Source: Dictyoglomaceae bacterium (GTDB taxonomy: Bacteria; Dictyoglomota; Dictyoglomia; Dictyoglomales; Dictyoglomaceae). Taken from it: 64,000 bases of DNA. This document shows, piece by piece, positions 10,017 to 20,669 of this stretch; the first letter of the stretch is position 1, and each line of letters begins with the position of its first letter. The stretch is from positions 546 to 64,545 of the forward strand of contig DAOSUP010000009.1 in NCBI GenBank assembly GCA_035378845.1, in the 5' to 3' direction. A program made the translations under genes and the position numbers. The notes below the pieces were generated by a model, which searched no databases, was not told the origin of the DNA, and saw only the letters and a program-made list of their open reading frames with translations.

Positions 10017-11309
10017 TCATGAGATTGAGAATCCTATCCAGTCTTTTTCTGCCTCAAATAGTTCATCTACCATTCTTTTTATATCCCTTGGTTCTAAGAT
10101 ACTGGAGGTTAGAGGATCTAATGCTACTGCCTGAAATGCCTTATGAGGATCCTTATCCAAAGCAGCCATAACTGCTAACTCCTGTAGATTTATATTTGTT
10201 CTATTCAAAGCAGCACACTGGGCTGGTAGGTCTCCAACAAAACATGGATGAATTCCAGTTTTATCTACAAGACATGGCACCTCCACACAGCAATCCTTAG
10301 GAAGATTAGTTATAAGTCCACTATTATTTACATTTCCATTTATGCGAGTAGGAATACCTGTCTCCATAGAATATATAATATCTGATGCATATTCACGTGA
10401 TCGTTCTATAACTATGGGCTTTTCACCGCTTATCTCTTTCTTTATCATTTCATAATGAGGCTGCCATCCATTTTTACATATCTCCAGATAATCCCATCTT
10501 TCTGGTATAAGCTCTTTTATCCTTTCTGGATTTCTTCTGAAGTACGATACATACTCAGACATATGGTGAGTGGATTCTGTAACAAAGTAGTCAAAATATT
10601 TCATTATCTCAAATCTAACAGCATCTTTCATATATATCTCAGGATCCTCCATCGCTTTCCAAAGCTTTGGATATAAGTCCTCTTTACCTAATTTAAATTC
10701 TAAAAACCAAGACATATGGTTTATCCCAGCTACCCAGTAAGAAACAGCAGATGGATCTACTCCCACATATGTTGCCAGTTGATAAGCAGTCCCCTGAACA
10801 CTATGGCACAGTCCAACATTTTTAATCTTAGTTGCTTTATTCATTGCCCAGCAATTTATAGCCATCGGATTACTATAATTTATAAATAAAGCATCTGGGC
10901 ATAATTCCTCCATATCCTTAGCTATATCCAATAGTACCGGAATAGTTCTTAGACCTCTAAAGACTCCTCCTGGTCCAATGGTATCTCCTACTGTCTGATC
11001 TATCCCATACTTCCTTGGTATCTCACAGTCTTTCTCAAACATCTCTAATCCACCAACCTGAATCATATTTATAACATAATCTGCAGAATCTAAAGCCTCC
11101 CTCCTATTTAAAGTAGCAGTAACTTTTGCTCCACAGTTTATCTTTTCAATTACTTTTTTAGCCAATGCATAAATAAGATCTAATCTCTCTTTGTTTATAT
11201 CCATAAGAGCTATCTCACTATCTCCAAGTTCTGGATAAGATAGTATATCCATTAGTAAATTCTTAGAAAAAACTACACTCCCAGCACCTATAAAAGTAAT
11301 CTTTGGCAT
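10017..11309 (-). CDS. GH4 family NAD-dependent alpha-galactosidase/alpha-glucosidase
   Basis: N-terminal Rossmann motif KITFIGAGSVVF plus the GH4 core (GLCHSVQGT). The ATG at 11309 has GGAGG 9 nt upstream, whereas the track TTG at 11315 is only 3 nt from the RBS. Confidence 0.85.
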   Translation of the reverse strand: MPKITFIGAGSVVFSKNLLMDILSYPELGDSEIALMDINKERLDLIYALAKKVIEKINCGAKVTATLNRREALDSADYVINMIQVGGLEMFEKDCEIPRKYGIDQTVGDTIGPGGVFRGLRTIPVLLDIAKDMEELCPDALFINYSNPMAINCWAMNKATKIKNVGLCHSVQGTAYQLATYVGVDPSAVSYWVAGINHMSWFLEFKLGKEDLYPKLWKAMEDPEIYMKDAVRFEIMKYFDYFVTESTHHMSEYVSYFRRNPERIKELIPERWDYLEICKNGWQPHYEMIKKEISGEKPIVIERSREYASDIIYSMETGIPTRINGNVNNSGLITNLPKDCCVEVPCLVDKTGIHPCFVGDLPAQCAALNRTNINLQELAVMAALDKDPHKAFQAVALDPLTSSILEPRDIKRMVDELFEAEKDWIGFSIS

Positions 11310-11487
11310 TTTCAAAAACCTCCTTATTATTCAGTACCTTTCTTAATCTCACTCACAAAACAAAAACTTTTATCTCTTCTTGAACATCACCTCTTTTTTA
11401 CTTTCTATAAAATTCTATATGAAATCACTTTATCTTACCAGTATAATTTACATTCCTATTCTTTCCATTTTGTAGGGCAATTTAAAC

Positions 11488-11517
11488 TTGAAAAATAAAT
11501 ATAAATATTGATATAAT
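11488..11517 (+). promoter_or_regulatory. candidate sigma70-type promoter of phoU (extended -10)
   Basis: TTGAAA (11488-11493), 18-nt spacer, TGaTATAAT (11509-11517), about 35 nt upstream of the phoU start. Confidence 0.4.
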
Positions 11518-11552
11518 CTTTTAATTTAATCAACTATTAAGGAGGATAAGAT

Positions 11553-12209
11553 TTGTTAAGACACAGTTTTGCAGAAGAATTGAAAAGCTTAGAAAATTCC
11601 CTTTTTGAAATGGGTGCTGTGGTAAAAGATATGTTAGAAAAGAGTAAAAATGCTCTTTTACAAAGAAATAAGAGTCTTGCAGAAGAAGTTATTGGTATGG
11701 ATGATACTGTAGACAAATACAATTGGGACATAGAGGACAAATGCTTAAAGCTTCTTGCCCTTCAACAACCTATGGCACACGATCTTAGAGTTATTGCTGC
11801 TGCCATGAAGATTATAAATGATATTGAAAGAATGGGAGATTACTGTGTAGATATAGCTAAATTTACTCTAGATTTTATAGATATGCCCTCTCTTCCTATA
11901 AACCAAAATCTCATAACTATGTTCCAGCTTGTAGAAAAGATCTTATGTGACTCCTTAGAAGCATTTATAAACAGAGATGTAAACTTCATAATGAGTGTGG
12001 TAGATCAAGATGATGCCATTGACAGAACCTATTATAAAATCTACGATGAGATTGTAGATGAAATTGAACATGCCCCACAAACTGCTCCTCAGCAGATAAA
12101 GCTTCTTATGATTGCAAGATTTTTAGAAAGAATCGCGGATCATGTAACTAATGTGGCAGAAAGAATTTACTACATGGAAACAGGAGAGTTAAAAGAGCTA
12201 CACGAATAA
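11553..12209 (+). CDS. phoU: phosphate signalling complex protein PhoU
   Basis: 218 aa with duplicated PhoU helical repeats carrying D/E-rich metal motifs (INDIERMGDY, LERIADHVTN). TTG start lies 6 nt after AAGGAGGA. Confidence 0.9.
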   Translation: MLRHSFAEELKSLENSLFEMGAVVKDMLEKSKNALLQRNKSLAEEVIGMDDTVDKYNWDIEDKCLKLLALQQPMAHDLRVIAAAMKIINDIERMGDYCVDIAKFTLDFIDMPSLPINQNLITMFQLVEKILCDSLEAFINRDVNFIMSVVDQDDAIDRTYYKIYDEIVDEIEHAPQTAPQQIKLLMIARFLERIADHVTNVAERIYYMETGELKELHE

Positions 12210-12968
12210 TTAGCCAAATTTCCCTGTAATGTAGTCTTCTGTAAGTTTCTTCTTAGGATTTGTAAACATCTCAGTGGTAGGACCAATCTCAATTACTTCC
12301 CCCATATACATAAATATGGTCTCATCAGATACTCTTGCTGCTTGCTGCATATTATGAGTTACTATGATAATAGTAAGTTCCTTTTTAAGTTCTTTTATAG
12401 TCTCCTCAATTCGGTAAGTAGATATGGGATCAAGGGCAGAGGTTGGCTCATCCATTAAAATTACTTCTGGCTCTACTGCAAGAGCTCTTGCTATACAAAC
12501 TCTCTGTTGCTGTCCTCCAGAGAGTGCAGAAGGATATTCTTTAAGCCTATTTTCAACTTCTTCCCATATTCCAGCAAGTTTTAAGCTCTTTTCTACAATC
12601 TTATCTTTTTCCTCTTTAGGAATCTTTTTGTTATTTAATATATATCCTGCAATCACATTATCATAAATAGTCATGTGGGAAAATAGATTTGGTCTTTGAA
12701 AAACCATTCCAATTCTTCTCCTGATGAGTACTGGGTCTACATTTTTATCATAGATATCAATATCGCCAAGAAAAATCCTCCCCTCAACCTTAGCACCTGG
12801 AGTTATCTCATGGAGCCTATTAAAACATCTAAGAAGAGTAGTCTTTCCGCATCCTGAAGGACCTATAATAGCAGATATATACTTCTCCTTTAAAGAGACA
12901 TTTATATCTTTCAAAACTTGCATAGTTCCAAACCAAGCATTCAAATTTTCTACTCTGATCTCAGCCAA
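12210..12968 (-). CDS. pstB: phosphate ABC transporter ATP-binding protein PstB
   Basis: Walker [10 protein letters not shown], signature LSGGQQQR, Walker B ILMDEP. It is the last gene of the pstSCAB order. TTG start lies 8 nt after GGAGGA. Confidence 0.95.
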   Translation of the reverse strand: MAEIRVENLNAWFGTMQVLKDINVSLKEKYISAIIGPSGCGKTTLLRCFNRLHEITPGAKVEGRIFLGDIDIYDKNVDPVLIRRRIGMVFQRPNLFSHMTIYDNVIAGYILNNKKIPKEEKDKIVEKSLKLAGIWEEVENRLKEYPSALSGGQQQRVCIARALAVEPEVILMDEPTSALDPISTYRIEETIKELKKELTIIIVTHNMQQAARVSDETIFMYMGEVIEIGPTTEMFTNPKKKLTEDYITGKFG

Positions 12969-12986
12969 TGCTAAATTCCTCCTTTT

Positions 12987-13823
12987 TCATCTTTTCTCTC
13001 TTTTACCTGTATAAATATGGGCAATAATATTAAGTATAAGTACAATAAATACTAAAATAAGAGCAGCTGCCCATGCCATATTTCTCCAATCTTCATAAGG
13101 AGATGTGGCATAGTTAAAGATTAACACAGTAAGGCTTCCTATAGGCTCATTAAGTTTATAACTCCAATAATTATTATTAAGAGAAGTGAAAAGAAGCGGT
13201 GCTGTCTCTCCCATAATTCTGGCAATAGACATCATAATTCCAGTCACAATACCACTTCCTGCAGAAGGTATTACAATTCTTAAGATAGTCCTCCATTTTG
13301 GTACACCTAAGGCATAAGACGCTTCCCTTACAGATACAGGTATCATCTTAATAGATTCTTCTGTGGATTTTGCAATAACAGGAAGCATAATGATTGAAAG
13401 GGCTATTCCTCCAGAAAGAGCAGAGAAAGTCTTCATAGGTACCACGATAAGTATATATATAAATATACCTATAATTATGGTAGGAAAACTGGACAGAATT
13501 TCTGTAAGGAATTTTGTCCACCAAGCAAGCTTCCCACTTCCATATTCCGTTACATAAACTCCTGCCATAATACCTATAGGAATAGCTATAATACTTGCTA
13601 AGATGGTTAAGATAAAGGTGCCAAGAATTGCATTACCAAAACCCCCTTCTGGTATACCAGGTGGTTTTGGTAGTTCCACAAAAAGCTTCCAGTTTATATA
13701 CTTTATACCCTTTAGAAAAACATCTCCAAGAATCCAAAATAGAAAGATAGCTCCTATAAAGAATGCAGCTATACAAATTCCAAGCATTATATAATTTGTA
13801 GTCTTCCTTCTTCTATAATTCAT
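12987..13823 (-). CDS. pstA: phosphate ABC transporter permease PstA
   Basis: 278-aa six-TM permease with an EAA-type loop (EASYALGVPKWRT). ATGA overlap with pstC. Confidence 0.9.
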   Translation of the reverse strand: MNYRRRKTTNYIMLGICIAAFFIGAIFLFWILGDVFLKGIKYINWKLFVELPKPPGIPEGGFGNAILGTFILTILASIIAIPIGIMAGVYVTEYGSGKLAWWTKFLTEILSSFPTIIIGIFIYILIVVPMKTFSALSGGIALSIIMLPVIAKSTEESIKMIPVSVREASYALGVPKWRTILRIVIPSAGSGIVTGIMMSIARIMGETAPLLFTSLNNNYWSYKLNEPIGSLTVLIFNYATSPYEDWRNMAWAAALILVFIVLILNIIAHIYTGKREKR

Positions 13824-14722
13824 TTATTCTCAATCCTTTTTAATATATAATACCTGGCAAATCCCATTACAAAAAAGGTAATTATAAATAGTATAAGAGC
13901 AAGTTCTATAAGGGCAGAAATCTTTAACCCTCCCACAGCTTCCACAAACTCATTAATGATCACACTGGTTATGGTTACCCCAGGAGAGAAAAGGGATACA
14001 GATATATTGTAGAAGTTTCCAATTACCATAGTTACTGCTACTGCCTCTCCTAAAGCCCTTCCAAGCCCTAAAATTCCTGCTGCAAAGATTCCTGACTTGG
14101 CATTCCCAAGAACTACCTTTCTAATTACCTCCCACTTGGTCATACCTAAGGCATATCCTGCCTCTCTTTGATCCATAGGAACAGCCATAAACACCTCACG
14201 GGAAAGGGAGGATATAGTGGGAATAATCATAATAGATAATACAACTCCTGCATTGAGATATCCTACTCCTGTGGGATATCCTTGGAAGAAAGGAAGAAAG
14301 CCCAAAATATTCTGTAAGAATGGACCTACTTTAAGTTGAATTAAAGGGGAAAGAGTAAAAAGTCCCCACATACCATATATGAGGCTTGGTACTGCTCCCA
14401 AAAGCTCAATAATAAAGGAAAGGGTTCTTCTAAAAAAGGGAGGAGAAAGTTCTGATAGAAAAATTGCAATACCTATACTTATAGGGAATGAGATTAAAAG
14501 AGAAATCAAAGAAGTCACTAAGGTACCATAAATAGCAGGAAGAGCTCCAAATTTCTCTGCTACAGGATCCCAAACTGTATCAATAATGAATTTAATGCCA
14601 AACTTTTTAATACTTGGAATAGAGGTAACAAGAAGTTCTATAAAAAGACCTATTACAAGCCCTACTATTATAAGGCTTGAAAATACAGCTAAAATTTTGA
14701 AGATTCTATCTCCTATCCTCAT
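13820..14722 (-). CDS. pstC: phosphate ABC transporter permease PstC
   Basis: 300-aa permease with an EAA loop (EAGYALGMTKWEV), positioned between pstS and pstA. Confidence 0.9.
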   Translation of the reverse strand: MRIGDRIFKILAVFSSLIIVGLVIGLFIELLVTSIPSIKKFGIKFIIDTVWDPVAEKFGALPAIYGTLVTSLISLLISFPISIGIAIFLSELSPPFFRRTLSFIIELLGAVPSLIYGMWGLFTLSPLIQLKVGPFLQNILGFLPFFQGYPTGVGYLNAGVVLSIMIIPTISSLSREVFMAVPMDQREAGYALGMTKWEVIRKVVLGNAKSGIFAAGILGLGRALGEAVAVTMVIGNFYNISVSLFSPGVTITSVIINEFVEAVGGLKISALIELALILFIITFFVMGFARYYILKRIENK

Positions 14723-14730
14723 AATTTTGA

Positions 14731-15744
14731 TTAATGAATAGGTTTACCTTGATAATTTAACTCTTTTAATCTTTCAAGAGCCATACTCTTCACCTTTTGA
14801 GGCAGAGGTACATAATAAAGATCTTTTGCAGTCTTATCTCCCTCTTTATAGATCCAGTTTACCAAGCTAATAAGAGCCTTTGCCTTCTCTAAATTCCCTT
14901 GATTTTTTCTTATAAGCAAGAATGTATATCCTGAAATAGGATAGCTATCCTTTCCCTTTGCATCTATAGGATAGACATAAAAATCCTTTTGCACAGGAAA
15001 GTTTTCAAGAGCAGCTTCTATATTAGGAATCTCTGGATATACAAAATTTCCTGCCTTATTCTTTACCATAGCATAGGGAAGATTATTTTGTACTGCATAG
15101 GTAAGCTCAAGATATCCTATGGTACCAACAATATTCTTTATATATCCTGCAACCCCCATATTTCCTCTTCCACCAATACCTGTAATCCAATTTACAGAGG
15201 TACCTGCACCAACTTTTTCTTTCCATTCAGGACTTACCAAGGATAGGAAATGGGTAAATATATCAGTAGTACCACTACCATCAGACCTTCTCACGACAGT
15301 TATGTTAATTTTTGGAATCTTCATATTGGGATTTAAAGAGGTAATTTTAGGATCATCCCATGTCTTTATCTTTCCTAAGAAAATATCTGCAATAACCTCA
15401 CGGGAAAGTTTCAGTCCTTTCCCAACTCCTGGGATATTGTAAACTATGGCAATCCCTCCAGCAACCGATGGAATCATTATAAGATTAGAAGCCTGCTGAT
15501 CTTTACCAGGGAGAGGAGAATCTGATGCTCCAAAGTCTACAGTTCCTGCCTGTATTTGCTGAATTCCTGCACCACTTCCTATAGGTTGATAATTTACCTT
15601 TATTCCTGAGATTTTTTCAAAATCATAAAACCAACGAGCATAAAGAGGATAAGGAAAGGTAGCACCAGCACCATTTAAAAGCATAGCAGCTTTTACATTC
15701 GTAACAAGAAGAAGGATCAAAACAAGTATTAAGATCCTCTTCAT
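14731..15744 (-). CDS. pstS: phosphate-binding protein PstS
   Basis: Signal peptide followed by NGAGATFPYPLY and SGAGI...GASD motifs typical of PstS. Confidence 0.9.
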   Translation of the reverse strand: MKRILILVLILLLVTNVKAAMLLNGAGATFPYPLYARWFYDFEKISGIKVNYQPIGSGAGIQQIQAGTVDFGASDSPLPGKDQQASNLIMIPSVAGGIAIVYNIPGVGKGLKLSREVIADIFLGKIKTWDDPKITSLNPNMKIPKINITVVRRSDGSGTTDIFTHFLSLVSPEWKEKVGAGTSVNWITGIGGRGNMGVAGYIKNIVGTIGYLELTYAVQNNLPYAMVKNKAGNFVYPEIPNIEAALENFPVQKDFYVYPIDAKGKDSYPISGYTFLLIRKNQGNLEKAKALISLVNWIYKEGDKTAKDLYYVPLPQKVKSMALERLKELNYQGKPIH

Positions 15745-15795
15745 ACTATCCTCCTCAAATATAAAACTAATATTCTTATTATAAGTTTAAAACGA

Positions 15796-17064
15796 TTATT
15801 TTAAAACATAGTTAAAAGAAGAGACATTTTGAAGAATGTCAAAAAAAACTTGCACACTTTCAGAAAGATTCTCTTTAGGAATTTTATCCCATGTATCAGT
15901 TTTCTGATGTAGATCAGGCATAGAATAATCTTTATTAGCTCTCATCATGAAAAATGTAGGAATCTCTTTAAGATGAAAGGCATACTGATCGGAATCATCT
16001 AAAAATACGTCTTTTACAAAACTTACATTTTTTATATTCATATTCTTTATCATATCCTCTGCATAAGTATTGTAGCTTACAAAAAGTTTTTCTCCTCTTC
16101 CTACACAATCTATATTTATATTGAGAAAGATATCTTCTATAGGTACCACAGGACTGCCCACAAAAAATTCTGCACCGAGAAGTCCTTTCTCTTCCCCATT
16201 AGTTATCAAGAAAAGTATGTTAAAGGGATAATTATTTCCTCTTTCCCAGATTTCTTTTGCAATCTCTATTAAAACTCCTACTCCAGAAGCATTATCATTA
16301 GCTCCTGGAAAGTATCCATCTATATCTTTTCCCAGATGATCCACATGAGCTGAAACTACAAGGGTTTCTTTCTCTTTACTCTTTGAGGGAATTAAAAAGA
16401 TAAGGTTCTTAGCATAAGATGAGTTTTTATCATATTCAATTCTATAATAAGCTCTAAGATTTTTAAATTTATCCATATAAGAGGCTATATCCGTATAAGT
16501 ATCAGAGGATATATAAATCGTAGGAATACTAACTTTATAAGGAATTACAGATTTCTGCAGAATCATTTCAGCTCCATTCTTTGGTACTTTCATAATTACC
16601 CCTTCTGCTCCCCACATTTTTGCATAAATAAAATTTTTTGAAAGATCCCCATCAATCAGTAAAAAAGAGTCCTTTAATCTCTCCCCTTCTTTTTTAATAT
16701 ATCCCTCTTTTTCCCAACTCCCTGAAAATTTATCCCTAAAATCTTTTCCATACATATAACTTTTCAGTTTGTTATTCCCTTCTTTTAAGATAAACTCTGG
16801 TGTATCTTTTAAAACAAAAACATCTACAGGAAATCTTTGATAGATAAACTTATTAAGCCCTATATTCCTAAGATCATCTTTAAGAAAGTAAATAGCTCTT
16901 AAATTATCTAATGTGCCTGCCTCTCTTCCTGCATACTTTTTATCTGAAAGCTCCCTAACTATCTGTAGGGCATAGTCTCCCCTTACCGAGGATTCTAAAG
17001 GAGAAAAAAGGATAAGAACAAATACAAGGATAGATACAAATTTTAAAAGCTTTGAGCCTTTCAT
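15796..17064 (-). CDS. M28-family secreted aminopeptidase
   Basis: Signal peptide; metal-ligand motifs SAHVDHLG, ANDNASGV and GEEKGLLGA are typical of peptidase M28. Confidence 0.75.
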   Translation of the reverse strand: MKGSKLLKFVSILVFVLILFSPLESSVRGDYALQIVRELSDKKYAGREAGTLDNLRAIYFLKDDLRNIGLNKFIYQRFPVDVFVLKDTPEFILKEGNNKLKSYMYGKDFRDKFSGSWEKEGYIKKEGERLKDSFLLIDGDLSKNFIYAKMWGAEGVIMKVPKNGAEMILQKSVIPYKVSIPTIYISSDTYTDIASYMDKFKNLRAYYRIEYDKNSSYAKNLIFLIPSKSKEKETLVVSAHVDHLGKDIDGYFPGANDNASGVGVLIEIAKEIWERGNNYPFNILFLITNGEEKGLLGAEFFVGSPVVPIEDIFLNINIDCVGRGEKLFVSYNTYAEDMIKNMNIKNVSFVKDVFLDDSDQYAFHLKEIPTFFMMRANKDYSMPDLHQKTDTWDKIPKENLSESVQVFFDILQNVSSFNYVLK

Positions 17065-17080
17065 TTTCCTTTATAAATTC

Positions 17081-18622
17081 CTATCCTAATTTATTTTCTA
17101 TCTCTTTAAGAAGGAGAAGAGCTGAATTTAAAAGAGAATATGTATCAAGGTCCTGAGGAAGAGACTTTGACTTTAATTTAAGAGTATATTCTTCTAACTC
17201 ATTTAGTAAAGATGAGACATCAATCTTAGGTGCTACCTTTTGGGATATAATCTCTTTTTTATCCAGATCTATAGTTTGAGAATAATTAGGAATAATAGTC
17301 TTCTTTCCATTAATCTGTAAAACTTGGCTTAAAACCTGAGAAGATTTAGGCTCACCATGGGTTATTATAAATATAGGATCTCCCTGAAAATTCTCAGCCC
17401 ATTTTAATAGGTCTTTTTGATCTGCATGGGCAGAAAAACCGTTTATAGTATGAATCTTTGCCTTTACATTGATCTCTTCTCCCATAATATAAACCATCTT
17501 TTCTCCATCTACAATCCTTCTTCCAGGGGTTCCTTGAGCTTGATATCCCACAAAAATTACATGAGTATTTTCCTTCCAGAGACTATGCTTTAAATGATGC
17601 AATATTCTTCCTCCTGTACACATACCACTTCCTGCTATAACAATAGCAGAATCTATACTATTTATGCTTTTAGATTCATCTACCGTAGATGCAAATTTCA
17701 AATTATTAAGAGAAAAGGGATCTACACCATCTAAAAGGAATCTCTGAATCTCACCAGAAAGAAGATTACTGTGCTTTTCATAGACCTCTGTTACCTTTTT
17801 ACCCATGGGACTATCAAAAAATACAGGTGTCTTTGAAAGAATAGGATTTTTAAAAGAAAGCAACATAATTTCATATATTACCCTTTGAGCCCTATCTACC
17901 ACAAATGAGGGAATAAGAATCTTACTTCCACTATTTATAGCTTCATTTATTATGCTTTCAAATTCTGCTCTTGTTTCCTCAAGGGTTTTATGTGCCCTAT
18001 CTCCATAAGTAGACTCTATAATCACATAATTTGCACTTTCAATATATGATGGAGCTCCTTCTATCACATTATCTTCCTGTCCTATATCTCCTGAAAAAAC
18101 AATCTTCAAGCCATCTCCCCATACCTCTAAAGATGATGCTCCAAGAATATGTCCAGCATCCCTAAACCTTACTTTTAGATCAGGAAGCTCTATGATCTCA
18201 TCATAGGGCACAGGCTCAAAAAGTTTCATGGCCATTTCCACTTCTTTTTCAGTATAAAGAGGTTCAGTAAGAGGTTTTCCAGATCTTAAATTCTTTCTAT
18301 TTACCCTTTCTACTTCTTCTTTCATAAGCTTTACCGTATCCATCCAGAGAATCTCACAAAGCTCAATGGTAGAAAAAGTAGCATATATCTTTCCTTTAAA
18401 ACCTTCCTTAACAAGCTTTGGAATCCTCCCCGAATGATCTAAATGAGCATGAGTAAGAATAACAGCCTCTATCTCATTAGGATTAAATAGAAATGGTGCC
18501 TCATTTTCCTTTTCAGACTTCCCTTGAAAAGAGCCACAATCTATCAGATATTTTTTCTCATTCTCCAGAAGATAACAAGAACCTGTAACCTCTTCTACAG
18601 CTCCATAAAAAGAAAGACGCAT
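17081..18622 (-). CDS. beta-CASP / metallo-beta-lactamase fold RNA-metabolising hydrolase
   Basis: HAHLDHSG (HxHxDH) motif, beta-CASP middle region and C-terminal GFSAHAD/ITHGE motifs, plus an extra coiled C-terminal tail of about 60 aa. Confidence 0.8.
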   Translation of the reverse strand: MRLSFYGAVEEVTGSCYLLENEKKYLIDCGSFQGKSEKENEAPFLFNPNEIEAVILTHAHLDHSGRIPKLVKEGFKGKIYATFSTIELCEILWMDTVKLMKEEVERVNRKNLRSGKPLTEPLYTEKEVEMAMKLFEPVPYDEIIELPDLKVRFRDAGHILGASSLEVWGDGLKIVFSGDIGQEDNVIEGAPSYIESANYVIIESTYGDRAHKTLEETRAEFESIINEAINSGSKILIPSFVVDRAQRVIYEIMLLSFKNPILSKTPVFFDSPMGKKVTEVYEKHSNLLSGEIQRFLLDGVDPFSLNNLKFASTVDESKSINSIDSAIVIAGSGMCTGGRILHHLKHSLWKENTHVIFVGYQAQGTPGRRIVDGEKMVYIMGEEINVKAKIHTINGFSAHADQKDLLKWAENFQGDPIFIITHGEPKSSQVLSQVLQINGKKTIIPNYSQTIDLDKKEIISQKVAPKIDVSSLLNELEEYTLKLKSKSLPQDLDTYSLLNSALLLLKEIENKLG

Positions 18623-18638
18623 TATACCACCTTCCCTT

Positions 18639-19415
18639 CTAATCTATTTTCCATCTCACTTTTCCACAAGAGAAACATTCATGGCATCTTATACAATGAG
18701 GTGAATTTGGATCTTTATAAACCTCTATATTCACAGGACAGTCTTTCTTACAAAGGCTGCACTCTGTACAATTAGGACTTACTTCTAAATGATAATAGGA
18801 AACTTTATTAAAGATGGAAAGAATTGTTCCCAAGGGACATATAAACCTACAAAAGGGTCTTGAAATCATAATACTTAACAAGATAAAAAGTATAAGAAGA
18901 GCAATTTTAATCCAAAATAGACTCCCAATAAGATTCCTTAGTGGAGGATTAAGTAAAACTTGAGGGATTCCAGCTTCCAAAGTACCTGCAGGACAGAGTT
19001 TACAGAACCATGGTTCAAGGGTTATATATGGAATAAATATTACCATAGATATCAAAACACCCCATCTTATTAAAGTTGCAAACCTATTTTCTATATGTAC
19101 CTTCCTTGTAGGAATCTTATAAAGAAGATCCTGAATAAAACCAAAAGGACAGAGCCATCCACAAAAATATCTCCCTAAGGAAAGCCCTGCTAACACCAAA
19201 ATCCCAATGGTTAAAAATGGAATTTGATGAAGCACAATAAAATGCTGCATAGTACCTATAGGACATGCAAAACTTGCTAATGGACAAGAATAGCAATTAA
19301 ATACAGGAATAGGAATATATTTACCTATGGGAGATAGGAAATAGGAATTTACAATAAAAAAACTTATGGTTTGCCAAGAGGTTCTAATCCTCCACAGGCT
19401 CTTTCTTCCTTTCAT
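18639..19415 (-). CDS. membrane-bound 4Fe-4S binding protein (NapH/MauN-like)
   Basis: Multiple TM helices carrying CxxCP-type motifs (CYSCPLASFACP, CKLCPAGT, CRFICPLG) plus a C-terminal ferredoxin motif CTECSLCKKDCP. Confidence 0.7.
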   Translation of the reverse strand: MKGRKSLWRIRTSWQTISFFIVNSYFLSPIGKYIPIPVFNCYSCPLASFACPIGTMQHFIVLHQIPFLTIGILVLAGLSLGRYFCGWLCPFGFIQDLLYKIPTRKVHIENRFATLIRWGVLISMVIFIPYITLEPWFCKLCPAGTLEAGIPQVLLNPPLRNLIGSLFWIKIALLILFILLSIMISRPFCRFICPLGTILSIFNKVSYYHLEVSPNCTECSLCKKDCPVNIEVYKDPNSPHCIRCHECFSCGKVRWKID

Positions 19416-19454
19416 AACCTACATTATATAACAAAAATGCTGCCTTTATTCTTC

Positions 19455-20564
19455 TTACTTTTTCACTTTGTATGAATATGTTATGTTATAAGTACTATTC
19501 TTACTAACCTTTACTATAAATCTTATGGTATCCTCATCTATCTTTTCATAAGGATGCGTAGAGCTTAAGATCTGAAAATCACCATAAATATTGTCTAAAA
19601 CTTCAATGGTAACATCTTCATCTTTCCTATTAGTAAGAGTTATCTGGGCAGTAATTGTTTCATAGGTATAATCTTTTATCTTTTCTACCTTCCTATCCAA
19701 GATCTTAGATTCTCCAAGAAGATCAAAATCTTTACCTTGTACTACCTCTATCTTTTCATTCTCAGGAATATCAGAAATATTAGATTCTCCTATGAATACC
19801 ACCTTACCATCATTAAGAGTAAACATCTTTAATGATCCTTGAGGAAGAGGTATGCCAAGCCCATTCTCCTTAGTATTTGCTATAATCCATTTTATAATTG
19901 CATTCTTACTTCCAGAATCCACATCATAGATATATTTTTTCTCTGCATTTTTCACCCAAGCATCTAAAAGAGGAACAATAGTTACACTTCCTTGGGAAAT
20001 ATTCCATTCCCCAGGAAGATTATATATTTTGTATCCTTCCACACTTTCAGGAACTGGCATCGCTAAGCTGAAAGCCTGCTCTGCCATTACTGCCTTACTC
20101 ATAAGAGGAAGCTCATTCCCAACATTCACCCCTCCTGCAAGTACTGATATCTTTGCACCTTGAAAACTCATCCCAGAACTATTCCTTATATTTATATTTG
20201 TATTAAATCTAACCTTTTCTCCGTCTATAAAGACCATATGTTGAGCAGCCCAGTTTATACTTGGTTGTACATAAAAGATCACAAGCTCCTCTTTCATATC
20301 TTCTGGAGATTCTATCATTATTCCTTTTGGTGGATAAAGAATTTCAACAATCTTTGCTTCTTTAAGAGGCAAAATAAAGAAGGAATCAGAGGCAATATTT
20401 TGAGGAATCTCATCAAGAGATACAAAATTTACGCCCTTTTTGAGAGATACCTCCTTAGTAAAAGAGATTACTGCAAAATTATTCTTATATACCACCATAG
20501 AACTCTGGGCAAAAGTCAAAGAAAAAAGAAAAACTAAAACTAAAAGGAAATAGGTAGTCTTCAT
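19455..20564 (-). CDS. secreted DUF4139-like protein, function unknown
   Basis: Signal peptide followed by a beta-rich 369-aa protein. Its overall pattern resembles the DUF4139 (mucoidy-inhibitor-A-like) family from memory; function is unknown. Confidence 0.5.
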   Translation of the reverse strand: MKTTYFLLVLVFLFSLTFAQSSMVVYKNNFAVISFTKEVSLKKGVNFVSLDEIPQNIASDSFFILPLKEAKIVEILYPPKGIMIESPEDMKEELVIFYVQPSINWAAQHMVFIDGEKVRFNTNINIRNSSGMSFQGAKISVLAGGVNVGNELPLMSKAVMAEQAFSLAMPVPESVEGYKIYNLPGEWNISQGSVTIVPLLDAWVKNAEKKYIYDVDSGSKNAIIKWIIANTKENGLGIPLPQGSLKMFTLNDGKVVFIGESNISDIPENEKIEVVQGKDFDLLGESKILDRKVEKIKDYTYETITAQITLTNRKDEDVTIEVLDNIYGDFQILSSTHPYEKIDEDTIRFIVKVSKNSTYNITYSYKVKK

Positions 20565-20669
20565 GTTTATTTCCTCCTCAATTTAATTCTTTATTCCCCT
20601 TCTTAAATTATAACACACTGCTATGTCGCCCACCTTACGGATATTTTTAATAGAAAGGAGGTGAGAAAA

